Origin: a virus
Taxonomy: Duplodnaviria > Caudoviricetes
Direction: 5' to 3' (one strand)
DNA length: 63,187 nt
Virus record (IMG/VR): IMGVR_UViG_3300042507_002438
Span: 1 to 63,187 of that record
Both the position numbers and the translations under genes were made by a program. This document shows positions 1 to 9,859 of this stretch, one piece after another. Under the pieces are notes generated by a model. It had not been told where the DNA came from. It did no database searches and worked only from the letters and a program-made list of their open reading frames with translations. Position 1 is the stretch's first letter, and every line of letters begins with the position of its first letter.

Positions 1-197
1 GAAATACTGCCGTAGGGAAAACAACATCAAGCACCAACACGTCTTTACCTAATTTTAACACATACATTGGAGCAACTAATTTTAGTGGTACTGCTGCTCA
101 ATTTTCATCAAAACAAAATGCTTTTGCACACATAGGAGATGGTTTAACAACAGTTGAATTTAATAACCTTTATTCAGCAGTACAATTAATGCAACTT
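1..197 (+). repeat. Terminal direct repeat (circular assembly overlap), copy 1
   Basis: Identical to 62991-63187 except A128 vs G63118 (synonymous GCA/GCG); one ORF reads through the junction. Confidence 0.97.
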
Positions 198-218
198 AAT
201 TTAAATAGGAACGTATGA
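3..218 (+). CDS. 3' end of the junction-spanning tail-associated protein starting at 62387
   Basis: Frame continues from 62387 across the repeat and ends ...QLNLNRNV* at TGA 216-218. Confidence 0.85.
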   Translation, partial: NTAVGKTTSSTNTSLPNFNTYIGATNFSGTAAQFSSKQNAFAHIGDGLTTVEFNNLYSAVQLMQLNLNRNV

Positions 219-445
219 TAGGCTATATTTTAACCGAAGAACAATACACCGAAATTCAAGGCAAAGAATTTGCACCATTTCAGCATTTTAACTGCGTTCA
301 AGATGTCAATGATGTTTGGTTCAACTTTGTAACTGAACAACAAATACCTTTAATACAAGCATCTCAATACGCTTGGGTTTTAACATTGCCACAAGGCGAA
401 TATATCGCTAAACCAACACCTAACCCATTCAATGAAACTAACTGA
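215..445 (+). CDS. Hypothetical protein following tail fibre genes
   Basis: 76 aa ORF, ATGA overlap with the upstream gene. Confidence 0.75.
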   Translation: MIGYILTEEQYTEIQGKEFAPFQHFNCVQDVNDVWFNFVTEQQIPLIQASQYAWVLTLPQGEYIAKPTPNPFNETN

Positions 446-450
446 TACCA

Positions 451-708
451 ATGAAACTACCAATAGACTTTGAACAATTTAAAAGCGATCCAACCAAGGC
501 AATAACATTCCTTATGTTGGTTGTTGTGAGTGTGCTATATTATCGTGCTGAACGCCAAAGTAAAGCCATCAATGACCGTTGTGAAAAGCGTTTGGAATTA
601 TGTGAGGCTAAACTTGAAAAGATGTCAAAAATGTTAAAAACGCAAGATTCGCTTTGTTCTGCGTTAATTACTGAAATAAGCATTTACAAAAATTTAGGTA
701 AAATATGA
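451..708 (+). CDS. Membrane protein with coiled coil (possible lysis accessory)
   Basis: One TM segment (AITFLMLVVVSVLYY) followed by a coiled-coil-like tail. Confidence 0.65.
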   Translation: MKLPIDFEQFKSDPTKAITFLMLVVVSVLYYRAERQSKAINDRCEKRLELCEAKLEKMSKMLKTQDSLCSALITEISIYKNLGKI

Positions 709-899
709 AACTACTTTACGCAATAGCAATAATAGCCTTAATTATGGCGGTTGCAATTGAACCTGATATTGAGCAGAAAGCCGAAGAGCAAATCCACCAT
801 TCGGAAATGATGTGTGATTCTGCGGCAATTGTTTTGGAAGAAATCAGAGCCGTTAATGATAGTCTTTTAATTGAAAAATATTTCTATGAGAATAAGTGA
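705..899 (+). CDS. Small secreted or membrane-anchored protein
   Basis: N-terminal hydrophobic segment; ATGA overlap. Confidence 0.6.
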   Translation: MKLLYAIAIIALIMAVAIEPDIEQKAEEQIHHSEMMCDSAAIVLEEIRAVNDSLLIEKYFYENK

Positions 900-1089
900 G
901 TTATTCAAAGGTGACAAAGGCGAATTTTCGTCTAAGAGGTTTGTTGGTATTTTTGGGGCTTTGGTTCTATTTGGCTCTATGGTTTATTATAATAGCGATA
1001 AACTCGTGGAGGCGGTGGAGTTCATCACGATATTTTCGTTAGGGTACACAGTAATTGATAAATATACAAATGGCAAGCAAGGATCCTAG
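886..1089 (+). CDS. Putative holin
   Basis: SSKRF motif, two hydrophobic segments and a charged C-terminus; ATG 886 preferred to TTG 871. Confidence 0.55.
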   Translation: MRISELFKGDKGEFSSKRFVGIFGALVLFGSMVYYNSDKLVEAVEFITIFSLGYTVIDKYTNGKQGS

Positions 1090-1375
1090 ACTAGAAAGAG
1101 CTGGAGTAAGCGGGTTTAACAAACCCAAGAAAACTCCTGGACACCCAACAAAGTCTCACATTGTTGTGGCTAAGGAAGGTGAAAAAATTAAGACGATACG
1201 TTTTGGGCAGCAGGGAGTAAAGACAAACCAGACTGTTGGTCAGCGTGAGGCGTTCAAATCTCGTCACGCTAAAAACATCTCTAAAGGTAAGATGTCAGCC
1301 GCTTATTGGGCTGACAAAGTAAAATGGAGCCCAAGTAAGACTGCGTCTCCAAGTAAAAAGTGGAAGAAGGGATGA
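1070..1375 (+). CDS. Small Lys-rich phage protein
   Basis: Very basic; KTIRFGQQG...FKSRH...SAAYWA pattern familiar from aquatic phage proteins. Confidence 0.75.
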   Translation: MASKDPRLERAGVSGFNKPKKTPGHPTKSHIVVAKEGEKIKTIRFGQQGVKTNQTVGQREAFKSRHAKNISKGKMSAAYWADKVKWSPSKTASPSKKWKKG

Positions 1376-1716
1376 AAGACGCTTGCTACAAAAAAGTAAA
1401 GGCACAGTACGACGTGTTCCCTAGTGCTAGGGCGTCTCAGGCAATAGCAAAGTGCAGAAAGTCTTCAGGCAATGTCAAGAAGACGGAGAAGGGAGCGAGC
1501 CTCAAGAGATGGGAAAGTGAAAAGTGGCAGGACACCAAGTCTGGCAAGGCATGTGGGGCTGGAGGTAAGAATGAATACTGTAGGCCAACTAAGAGGGTAA
1601 GTTTAAAGACTCCGGTCACAAAGTCTGAAATGTCAAGCTCTCAGCTATCAAAAAAGAAGGCAGAGAAGTCTGCTGTAGGAATGGGTAACAAAGTAAAACC
1701 AGTAAAGAAAAAGTAA
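1372..1716 (+). CDS. Small basic phage protein
   Basis: KDACYKKVK...FPSARAS...LKRW..EKW...YCRPTKRVS; ATGA overlap. Confidence 0.75.
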   Translation: MKDACYKKVKAQYDVFPSARASQAIAKCRKSSGNVKKTEKGASLKRWESEKWQDTKSGKACGAGGKNEYCRPTKRVSLKTPVTKSEMSSSQLSKKKAEKSAVGMGNKVKPVKKK

Positions 1717-1856
1717 TGGCTAAAAAAGAAAAACCATCAACCAGTTCTTGGTCTCCAAAGCCGTCAATAAAAAGACCGGGTGTTCACGCAAAGTCAAAGT
1801 CTAGTAAGCTAAAGTCTAGCAAGAACTACACCAAAAAGAGTAGGGGTCAGGGATAA
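1716..1856 (+). CDS. 46-aa Lys/Ser-rich peptide
   Basis: TAATG overlap, MAKKEKPSTSS...SRGQG*; fills the gap before a promoter. Confidence 0.6.
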   Translation: MAKKEKPSTSSWSPKPSIKRPGVHAKSKSSKLKSSKNYTKKSRGQG

Positions 1857-1867
1857 CAAAAATATAT

Positions 1868-1875
1868 TATCTTTG
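1868..1875 (+). promoter_or_regulatory. Bacteroidota -7 promoter box TATCTTTG
   Basis: Matches TAnnTTTG, intergenic, 4 nt before ATG 1880. Confidence 0.65.
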
Positions 1876-1879
1876 TGCT

Positions 1880-2137
1880 ATGAGCTATACTAAACTCCAG
1901 GCGGGACGTGCAGCAGCAGTTACGCCATCAGATACAGTAAATATACCGGCAGTTACCGGTGGAACTAATAACGGGTGTGTTTTGTATGTTGGCGGTACCG
2001 GAACATTAAAGGTTACTACTATTGGTGGTGACGATGTTACGTTTACTGGAGTACCAACCGGAACATTTATCCCTGTTCACGTGGTAAGGGTTTGGGCAAC
2101 CGGAACTTCAGCTACATCAATAGTGGCTCTATGGTAA
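1880..2137 (+). CDS. Head spike base protein (RcGTA Rcc01079-like)
   Basis: AAAVTPSD...LYVGGTG.LKV...G.FIPV.V.RVWATGTSATSIVAL pattern. Confidence 0.7.
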   Translation: MSYTKLQAGRAAAVTPSDTVNIPAVTGGTNNGCVLYVGGTGTLKVTTIGGDDVTFTGVPTGTFIPVHVVRVWATGTSATSIVALW

Positions 2138-2161
2138 TCGGTATCGGCATATTTATTTAAC

Positions 2162-2416
2162 ATGCCAAAGAATAAGGTAGTAGCAAAAAACAATAGACCC
2201 GGATCCAATAAGGCTACCGGTAGGGACTATTCATACGACAAGAAGTACCAGTCAACAGAGGAGAGAAAGAAGTACAGGGTTGAATTAAATAAGGCCAACA
2301 GAAAAGACGGTACATATGGAAATGGCGATAAGATGGACAAAAGCCACACCAAGTCTGGCAAGTTAGTCAACGAGTCACAGTCTAAAAATAGAGCAAGAAA
2401 TAGAGGTAAAAAATGA
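2162..2416 (+). CDS. Small basic protein
   Basis: 84 aa K/R-rich ORF in the operon. Confidence 0.7.
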   Translation: MPKNKVVAKNNRPGSNKATGRDYSYDKKYQSTEERKKYRVELNKANRKDGTYGNGDKMDKSHTKSGKLVNESQSKNRARNRGKK

Positions 2417-2799
2417 GATGGTTAATTATAACTTTACTACTGTCTGGGTGTTCGGCCAACTGGCACATGAAAAGAGTCTGCAAAAAGGACCCAATGCTAT
2501 GCCAGCCGAAAAAGATAGTAGTACTAGACACAATAGTGTACACAGATACGCTAGAATTTTACGAGGAATACTTTACGGACGTACACGACACAATAGTAAT
2601 TGACACTGGAAGCGTTACCGTTAAGATTATTAGAGAGCACGACATAATAAAGACTTACATCAAGCAGAGGCCAGACACAATAAGAATTACAAAGTCTGTT
2701 ACAATGCCTCCGCAGATCGTTTATACTGAGTCGTGGTTTAAATGGTGGTATCTTTTGATTATATTTGCTATATTTGCACTTATAATCAAAATCAAATGA
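2413..2799 (+). CDS. Lipoprotein with C-terminal TM helix, putative unimolecular spanin
   Basis: Lipobox LLSG-C at residue 13; C-terminal WWYLLIIFAIFALII TM segment. Confidence 0.6.
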   Translation: MRWLIITLLLSGCSANWHMKRVCKKDPMLCQPKKIVVLDTIVYTDTLEFYEEYFTDVHDTIVIDTGSVTVKIIREHDIIKTYIKQRPDTIRITKSVTMPPQIVYTESWFKWWYLLIIFAIFALIIKIK

Positions 2800-3035
2800 A
2801 TACAATCACACAAGAAGAATTACAGTCTCTAAGAGACTTAAACCAGTCTGTATCTAACCTAAAGACGATGATCGCAGACTATGACATCAAAAAGCATTAC
2901 GCACTAGACAAGATTTTACGTCACGCTAACGAGTTAAATTCGTTATACGCTTCAATGGAAGAGAGGTACGGAAAGATCGAGATCAATCTTGAGACTGGAG
3001 AGTATGTTAATCAGGAAGATATCAATAGGGAGTGA
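2796..3035 (+). CDS. Coiled-coil hypothetical protein
   Basis: ATG 2796 after tandem TATATTTG boxes (2760, 2769) and an A-rich leader; ends YG..EINLETGEY. Confidence 0.7.
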   Translation: MNTITQEELQSLRDLNQSVSNLKTMIADYDIKKHYALDKILRHANELNSLYASMEERYGKIEINLETGEYVNQEDINRE

Positions 3036-3228
3036 CTATAAGAACTCCATGAACTACCTGGTGGGTCAGCCTGTCTTAAATAATACATACAAGATACACG
3101 ACATTACCAGGGAGTCAAAGGGTGACGTTACCATATGGATCAAGAGTGAAGATTCTGGCGAGATAATGCGCTGGAAAAACTTCAACTCAAACATGCCAAT
3201 ATCATTCGAGTACAACATAGACTTTTAA
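3004..3228 (+). CDS. Hypothetical phage protein
   Basis: MLIRKISIG...WK.FN.NMPIS.EY; TAATG overlap with the next gene. Confidence 0.7.
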   Translation: MLIRKISIGSDYKNSMNYLVGQPVLNNTYKIHDITRESKGDVTIWIKSEDSGEIMRWKNFNSNMPISFEYNIDF

Positions 3229-3779
3229 TGAAATCTACTTACTACGTGCTGGTTGAGCCAGTAGACGGAAAGGAGTACGCAAATCAGACCAAGGACGGGC
3301 TGATTCTTAATGTCAGCATAGAAGACTTTAAGTCAACCCAGCGCCTTGCGAGGGTAGTGGGAGTACCAGGGGCAATGAGCCTTGATGTATTGGTTGGCGA
3401 CATTATTGTTGTCCACCATAACGTGTTTAGATCAAACTATGACATGAGGGGCAGACTAAAGAAGTCTAACTACCTGATAGAGAATAGTCTTTACTACGTA
3501 GAGCCGGAGAGGGTGTACATGATAATGCGTGACGGAGAGTGGAAGATGTTTGGCGACTACGCATTTGTGGAGCCGGTAAAAAGAAGCACGGACGGATACC
3601 ACAGCAACTCAGCTGCATACGTTGAGATGGTTGGAAGGGTGTCTATGATCGATGAGTCTTTTGGTAGCGTTCATGTTGGTGACTTAATAACATTCCAGAA
3701 GGAGAGTGAGTACGAGTTTAGGATTAATGATCAGAAGTACTACAGGATACCAACCAAAAACATAGTAGCCGTATTATGA
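3228..3779 (+). CDS. GroES-like protein with two tandem Cpn10-like modules
   Basis: YVLVEP...GLIL...VVGV..VGD.I.V and FVEPV...G.V...VGD.I.F...EY....K.Y.I...IVAVL both resemble the Cpn10 fold. Confidence 0.65.
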   Translation: MKSTYYVLVEPVDGKEYANQTKDGLILNVSIEDFKSTQRLARVVGVPGAMSLDVLVGDIIVVHHNVFRSNYDMRGRLKKSNYLIENSLYYVEPERVYMIMRDGEWKMFGDYAFVEPVKRSTDGYHSNSAAYVEMVGRVSMIDESFGSVHVGDLITFQKESEYEFRINDQKYYRIPTKNIVAVL

Positions 3780-4057
3780 CAACAAAAAACACTAGAGAAG
3801 AAATCATAAAAGCCGGAGAGATAGCAGTTAAGGAACTCATTAGGGTTGCTAAAGAGGAGATACTCACCGGGGATAAGGACAACGAGCTGGCCGCTGATAG
3901 GTTAAAGAATGCTGCTGCCACAAAGAAGTTGGCAATATTTGACGCGTTTGACATCTTGAACAGGATCGAGGACGAGCGAAATGTAATAGAGTCAATGCAG
4001 GGTGGCCAGAAGCAGGACAAGCCAAAGGGAGGGTTTGCTGAAAAGTTTAGTAAATGA
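3776..4057 (+). CDS. Probable terminase small subunit
   Basis: Helical 93-aa ORF overlapping the start of terL; positional inference. Confidence 0.5.
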   Translation: MTTKNTREEIIKAGEIAVKELIRVAKEEILTGDKDNELAADRLKNAAATKKLAIFDAFDILNRIEDERNVIESMQGGQKQDKPKGGFAEKFSK

Positions 4058-6285
4058 GCAGCGACTACAAGCTATACGACAAGAAGGACGCATCCAGTAT
4101 AGTTCCTGTATCTACGCTGAAGAAAAGAAACGATGAAAAGTCTTGGGAGTACGGGTACAACGAAGAGTATGACCTTGTTGTTATATCTAAGGATGGGACT
4201 ATTGGAGACGTATACGTCATCAACTCGGTCAGAATTGCATTGCCAGGCACGCCAAAAGAAGTTGAGGACAGAGGAGACAGGTGGCACCCACAGGAGTACC
4301 CAAAAGAACTAGAAAAGGTAAAGACCATATTTGACTGGAATAGGAAGCCAAAGGAGTTTCATTCCAGGTGGGTCGACTACGTAGAGAGTGAGTTCGATAG
4401 AAGGGAGTATGGGTTCTGGTTTATGAACAATAAAAAGCCTACGTACATAACTGGCACCCACTACATGTACTTACAGTGGACCAAGATTGACGTCGGTCTT
4501 CCAGACTTTCGTGAGGCGAACAGGATTTTCTTTATATACTTTGAGGCGTGCAAGGCAGACAATAGGTGCTTTGGTATGATATACCTAAAGAATCGTCGTT
4601 CTGGATTCTCGTTTATGAGTGCATCTGAGATAGTCAACCAGGCAACCATGTCAAAGGACGCAAGGTTTGGAATACTATCCAAGACGGGAGACGACGCCAA
4701 AAAACTATTTACTGACAAGGTTGTTAACATATCAAACAACTATCCATTCTTCTTCAAGCCCATACAGGACGGTATGGACAGGCCAAAGACTGAGTTAGCC
4801 TATAGAGTGCCAGCCTCTAAGATCACAAAGAGGAGCATGGTCAAGATCGAGGACGAGGACATGGACGGACTTAATACGACCATAGACTGGAAGAATACAG
4901 CAGACAACAGCTATGACGGAGAAAAGGTAAAACTTCTTATTCATGACGAGAGCGGAAAGTGGGTTCAGCCAAATAACATCCTAAATAACTGGCGAGTTAC
5001 CAAGACGTGCCTTCGTTTGGGTAGCCGCATTATAGGAAAGTGCATGATGGGTTCCACGTCAAACGCATTAGACAAGGGAGGAGGGAACTTCAAGAAGCTG
5101 TACGAGGACTCTGATCCATCACAAAGAAATGACAACGGACAGACCAAGAGCGGACTGTACAGGCTATTCATTCCGATGGAGTGGAACTTTGAAGGATACA
5201 TAGACGTTCATGGCATGCCCGTGTTTCATAAGCCAAAGTCTCCAATACGTGGAGTTGACGGCTCGATGATAAAGAACGGGGTTATTGACTACTGGGAGAA
5301 CGAGGTTGCTTCATTAAAGTCTGACGCAGACGCACTAAACGAATTTTATAGGCAGTTCCCTAGAACGGAGTCTCACGCGTTCAGGGACGAGAGCAAGGCA
5401 AGTATATTCAACCTTACTAAGATATACCAGCAGATCGACTACAACGGGTCTTTAATGCAGGACCGCGTGCTTACCCGTGGGTATTTTCACTGGAAGGACG
5501 GAAAGAAGGACACAGAGGTGGTGTGGACCCCAGACAACAAGGGGAGGTTTATAGTGTCATGGCTACCACCGGTTGGAATGAGAAACAACACGGTGAAACG
5601 TGGAGACTCATTCTATCCAGGCAATGAGCACGTAGGAAGCTTTGGGTGTGACCCGTATGACATATCTGGTGTGGTTGGAGGTGGTGGCTCTAATGGTGCA
5701 CTACACGGGCTTACCAAGTTTCACATGGACGACGGGCCAAGCAATAGGTTCTTTCTTGAGTACATAGCAAGACCGCAGACGGCTGAGATATTTTTCGAGG
5801 ACGTACTGATGGCATGCTTTTATTATGGGATGCCAGTGCTTGCAGAGAACAACAAGCCAAGGCTACTGTATCACTTCAAGAATAGGGGCTATAGAGCGTT
5901 CTCTATGAACAGGCCAGACAAACAGAAGCATAACCTGTCTAAGACAGAAAAAGAGTTAGGCGGTATACCAAATACTTCGGAGGACGTAAAACAGTCGCAC
6001 GCATCAGCCATAGAGACCTACATAGAAAAGTATGTTGGCATAGACTTAGATGGGGTGTATAGGTCTTCTGACGAGATGGGTTACATGTATTTCAATAGGA
6101 CTTTAGAGGACTGGGCTAGATTTGACATAAATAATCGTACAAGACATGACGCATCTATCAGTAGCGGACTTGCCATAATGGCGAACATGAGGCACGACTT
6201 TATCTCTGAAAAGAAGCAATCAAAAATAAGTGTTAAATTTGCAACATACAACAACAAAGGTTACTCTAGCGAGATCATAAAGTAG
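4054..6285 (+). CDS. terL: Terminase large subunit
   Basis: Walker A-like KNRRSGFS, Walker B LLIHDE, MMGST coupling motif, RNase H-like GCDPYD...HDA. Confidence 0.93.
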   Translation: MSSDYKLYDKKDASSIVPVSTLKKRNDEKSWEYGYNEEYDLVVISKDGTIGDVYVINSVRIALPGTPKEVEDRGDRWHPQEYPKELEKVKTIFDWNRKPKEFHSRWVDYVESEFDRREYGFWFMNNKKPTYITGTHYMYLQWTKIDVGLPDFREANRIFFIYFEACKADNRCFGMIYLKNRRSGFSFMSASEIVNQATMSKDARFGILSKTGDDAKKLFTDKVVNISNNYPFFFKPIQDGMDRPKTELAYRVPASKITKRSMVKIEDEDMDGLNTTIDWKNTADNSYDGEKVKLLIHDESGKWVQPNNILNNWRVTKTCLRLGSRIIGKCMMGSTSNALDKGGGNFKKLYEDSDPSQRNDNGQTKSGLYRLFIPMEWNFEGYIDVHGMPVFHKPKSPIRGVDGSMIKNGVIDYWENEVASLKSDADALNEFYRQFPRTESHAFRDESKASIFNLTKIYQQIDYNGSLMQDRVLTRGYFHWKDGKKDTEVVWTPDNKGRFIVSWLPPVGMRNNTVKRGDSFYPGNEHVGSFGCDPYDISGVVGGGGSNGALHGLTKFHMDDGPSNRFFLEYIARPQTAEIFFEDVLMACFYYGMPVLAENNKPRLLYHFKNRGYRAFSMNRPDKQKHNLSKTEKELGGIPNTSEDVKQSHASAIETYIEKYVGIDLDGVYRSSDEMGYMYFNRTLEDWARFDINNRTRHDASISSGLAIMANMRHDFISEKKQSKISVKFATYNNKGYSSEIIK

Positions 6286-8712
6286 ATGGAAAAAGCACAA
6301 CTTGTACCGTATAGTACGTTCCCAAACAATACAGCCACAGAGCAAGAAAAAGCGTCTATGGAGTATGGCCTACAGGTCGGACTCTCTATTCAGTACGAGT
6401 GGTTTAAAAGAACATCAAATAGCTGTAGATACTACGACCAGTGGATCGAGTATAACAGGCTAAGACTTTATGCTAGAGGAGAGCAGTCTATCGCAAAGTA
6501 CAAAAAAGAGTTTGCTGTAGACGGAGACCTTTCGTATCTTAACCTAAACTGGGAGCCAGTACCAATCATACCTAAGTTTGTTGACATCGTAGTAAACGGA
6601 ATATCAAACCGTATGTACGACGTTAAGGCATCTGCGCAGGACCGCCTTTCTTCTAAGAAAAGAAACGACTACCGAAGAATGGTAGAGGCTGACATGCTTG
6701 CGAAAGACTTGTTGAACCAGGTCAAGAATGACTTTGGCGTAGACGCATTTAACGTAAATCCAGACGAGTTGCCAGAGAACAACGACGAGTTGAATCTGTA
6801 CATGCAGCTTAACTACAAGCCAGGCATAGAGATCGCTGAGGAGCAGGCAATTAGAACCATTCTAAATAACAACGACTACGAGGACACCAAGAAGCGTATC
6901 GACTATGATATCGCTGTTCTTGGTATTGGAATGGTTAAGCATACGTTCTGTCCTAATAGGGGCGTTAAGGTTGACTACGTAGACCCTGCTGCTGTTGTGT
7001 ATTCTTACACCGACTCTCCTACGTTTGACGACTGCTTTTACTTTGGCGAGATCAAGCGCGTACACATATCGGAGGTTAAGAAGATGTACCCATACATTTC
7101 TGAAGAGGACATCGAGGAGATTAGTAACTACAGCTACACGTGGTATCAGGACTATGGAGCGATACGCCCATACATAGACAGTGTATTTGAAAAAGAGATA
7201 GTAAACCTATTGTTCTTTAACTACAAGACAGACAAGAAGTTTGTATATAAGAAGAAGTTTTTGGACAATGGTGGCGAAAGAGTTATCAGAAGAGACGAGA
7301 ACTTTAATCCTCCACAAGAAGAGGACGCTAAGTACGAGAGAATAGAAAAGGTTATTGACGTTTGGTACAAGGGCGTTATGGTCCTTGGCACCAACAAGTT
7401 GTTGGAGTGGGACATGATGAAGAACATGGTCCGTCCAAAGTCTGCGTCACATTCAGCGGTTCCAGAATACGTGTGTGTTGCTCCAAGAATGTACCGTGGA
7501 GTAATCGAGTCATTGGTTCGTAGAATGGTTGGATTTGCTGACTTGATTCAGTTGACTCATTTGAAATTACAGCAGGTGATTTCTCGTATGGTTCCAGACG
7601 GTGTGTACATAGACGCTGATGGGTTGAACGAGGTGGACCTTGGTAATGGATCAAACTACAACCCGGAAGAAGCGCTTAAGTTGTACTTCCAGACCGGTAG
7701 CGTGATTGGTAGGTCTTTCACTCAAGACGGGGAGTTTAACAATGCCAGAATTCCTATCCAGGAGTTGGGTACTAGCTCTGGACAGTCTAAGATTGCCAGC
7801 TTGGTTAGTTCTTACAATCACTACCTTGGAATGATTCGTGACGTTACCGGACTAAACGAGGCAAGAGACGGATCGAGCCCAGACCCTAACGCATTAGTTG
7901 GTGTTCAAAAGCTAGCTGCGTTGAATTCAAACACGGCAACTAGACACATCTTAGAGGGTGGGTTGTTTATTACAAGAAAATTAGCAGAGGCGATCTCTTT
8001 GAGGATATCAGACATACTTGAGTACTCAGACACAAGAGAGCAGTTGATGTACCAGATTGGTGCGCACAACACAGAGATCTTGGAAGACATTAAAGACCTA
8101 CACCTACATGACTTTGGTATTAAGATTGAAGTAGCTCCAGACGAAGAAGAAAAGGCGCAGATGGAGGCTAACATTCAAGTGGCTCTTTCTACGGGCCAGA
8201 TTACTCTTGAGGACGCTATAGACATTAGAGAACTCAAGAACGTTAAGCTTGCAAATGAGTTGCTAAAGGTCAAGAGAAAGAACAAGGAGAAGAAGGACAT
8301 GGAGATGGAGCAGCAGAAAATGCAGATGCAGACAGAGTCCAACGTACAGTCTTCTCAGGCAGCTGCCCAGGCCAAGATGCAGCAAATACAGATGGAGTCT
8401 CAGGCTAAAATGGAATTGAAGAGGGCTGAGTCTGAGTACGATATCGTTAAGATGCAGAAGGAAGCAGAGATGAAGTTAATGCTTATGGACAAGGAGTTCC
8501 AGTACCAGATGGCGTTGGCCGAGATAAATGCAAACGCACAGAAGAGTATTAGCGACGTAAAGGAAAAGGCAAAGGACGAGAGGATAAACTTGCAGAGTTC
8601 TAACCAGTCAAAACTTATAGACCAGAGAAAGAAGGACTTACCTCCGATGAACTTTGAGTCTAACGAGGACAGTCTAGACGGGTTTGAATTATCTGAATTT
8701 GAGCCTAGATAA
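6286..8712 (+). CDS. Portal protein
   Basis: 808 aa directly after terL, with long C-terminal coiled-coil barrel typical of podovirus portals. Confidence 0.88.
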   Translation: MEKAQLVPYSTFPNNTATEQEKASMEYGLQVGLSIQYEWFKRTSNSCRYYDQWIEYNRLRLYARGEQSIAKYKKEFAVDGDLSYLNLNWEPVPIIPKFVDIVVNGISNRMYDVKASAQDRLSSKKRNDYRRMVEADMLAKDLLNQVKNDFGVDAFNVNPDELPENNDELNLYMQLNYKPGIEIAEEQAIRTILNNNDYEDTKKRIDYDIAVLGIGMVKHTFCPNRGVKVDYVDPAAVVYSYTDSPTFDDCFYFGEIKRVHISEVKKMYPYISEEDIEEISNYSYTWYQDYGAIRPYIDSVFEKEIVNLLFFNYKTDKKFVYKKKFLDNGGERVIRRDENFNPPQEEDAKYERIEKVIDVWYKGVMVLGTNKLLEWDMMKNMVRPKSASHSAVPEYVCVAPRMYRGVIESLVRRMVGFADLIQLTHLKLQQVISRMVPDGVYIDADGLNEVDLGNGSNYNPEEALKLYFQTGSVIGRSFTQDGEFNNARIPIQELGTSSGQSKIASLVSSYNHYLGMIRDVTGLNEARDGSSPDPNALVGVQKLAALNSNTATRHILEGGLFITRKLAEAISLRISDILEYSDTREQLMYQIGAHNTEILEDIKDLHLHDFGIKIEVAPDEEEKAQMEANIQVALSTGQITLEDAIDIRELKNVKLANELLKVKRKNKEKKDMEMEQQKMQMQTESNVQSSQAAAQAKMQQIQMESQAKMELKRAESEYDIVKMQKEAEMKLMLMDKEFQYQMALAEINANAQKSISDVKEKAKDERINLQSSNQSKLIDQRKKDLPPMNFESNEDSLDGFELSEFEPR

Positions 8713-8722
8713 ATATTTATAT

Positions 8723-8730
8723 TATATTTG
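8723..8730 (+). promoter_or_regulatory. -7 promoter box TATATTTG
   Basis: Intergenic TAnnTTTG before the scaffold-capsid operon. Confidence 0.6.
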
Positions 8731-8749
8731 CAAAAAATAAAATCAAATT

Positions 8750-9841
8750 ATGAGTGAATTTAAGGTACGTGTTCTTGACGCTGAAGAAGAAAAGAGCGTC
8801 CAGGAGTTGGAGGAACAGCTTCTAGGAGATCACGAAGAAAAAGTGAGCACTGAGCAAGAAAGCCAGGTGCAAAACGAAGACAAGCAAGAAAGCCAGGAGC
8901 AGGCTCCGGTTATCGAGCTAAAAGAAGAAGACGTTCTTTCATTTATTAAGAATAGATACAACAAGGAGATTAATACATTTGAGGAGTTGCTTACTGAGCG
9001 AGAGGTTCAGGCAGAGTTACCAGAGGATGTGTCAGCCTTCTTGAAGTATAAACAAGAAACGGGCCGAGGTATTCAGGACTTTATTGCATTAAATAGAGAC
9101 CTTAGTAACGAAGACCCACAAAAACTGCTACTCCAATTCTACAAGGAGACACAGCCAGAGCTAGACGACGAAGACATTGTCTTTGACATACAGCAACGGT
9201 TCTCTTATGACGAGATGTTGGACGATGAGACCGACGTTAGACAGAAGAAGGTAGCAATGAAAAAAGAACTTGCAAAGGCTAAAGAGCACTTTGAAAAACT
9301 GAAGGAGCAGTATAAGATTCCAGTCGAGCGGGCTGGTTTCGGTGCTTCGGACGAAGAAAAAGAGCAATACGAAGCCTTTAAGAGTCAAGCCCAAAAAGCT
9401 AGAGAGCTACAACAAGAGCAGGTAAAACGTTCTGAGTTCTTTGCGCAAAAGACAAACGAATTGTTCGGAAATGAATTCAAAGGTTTTGAGTTCGACATTG
9501 AAGACAAGAGAGTTGCCTTTAAGCCTGCTGATGCAGACACGCTAAAGAAATCTCAAAGTGACGTGAGCACTTTCTTCCAGAAATTTTTGGACGAGAGTGG
9601 ATACGTCAAGGACGCTGCTGCTTATCATAGGGCGATAGCTGTTGCAATGAATCCAGACTCATTCGCAAAATACTTCTACGACAAAGGAAAATCTGATGCG
9701 GTAGACGAAGTTGCGAGAGAATCAAAGAATATAGACATGAACGTAAAACGCGTTCCAGAATCTGTAAGCAAGTCAGGACTCAGGATAACAGCCTTGGACA
9801 GCGGATCTAGCGGAAAACTGATTATAAAAAGCAAAAAATAA
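8750..9841 (+). CDS. Capsid scaffolding protein
   Basis: Acidic, helical, lies between portal and MCP. Confidence 0.7.
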   Translation: MSEFKVRVLDAEEEKSVQELEEQLLGDHEEKVSTEQESQVQNEDKQESQEQAPVIELKEEDVLSFIKNRYNKEINTFEELLTEREVQAELPEDVSAFLKYKQETGRGIQDFIALNRDLSNEDPQKLLLQFYKETQPELDDEDIVFDIQQRFSYDEMLDDETDVRQKKVAMKKELAKAKEHFEKLKEQYKIPVERAGFGASDEEKEQYEAFKSQAQKARELQQEQVKRSEFFAQKTNELFGNEFKGFEFDIEDKRVAFKPADADTLKKSQSDVSTFFQKFLDESGYVKDAAAYHRAIAVAMNPDSFAKYFYDKGKSDAVDEVARESKNIDMNVKRVPESVSKSGLRITALDSGSSGKLIIKSKK

Positions 9842-9859
9842 AAACTAAAAAACAAAAAA

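Noticed and set aside
1-197. Terminal repeat as biological DTR
   Set aside because: It falls mid-gene and differs by one synonymous SNP, so it is most simply an assembly overlap; real ends more likely lie near 55.0-55.4 kb
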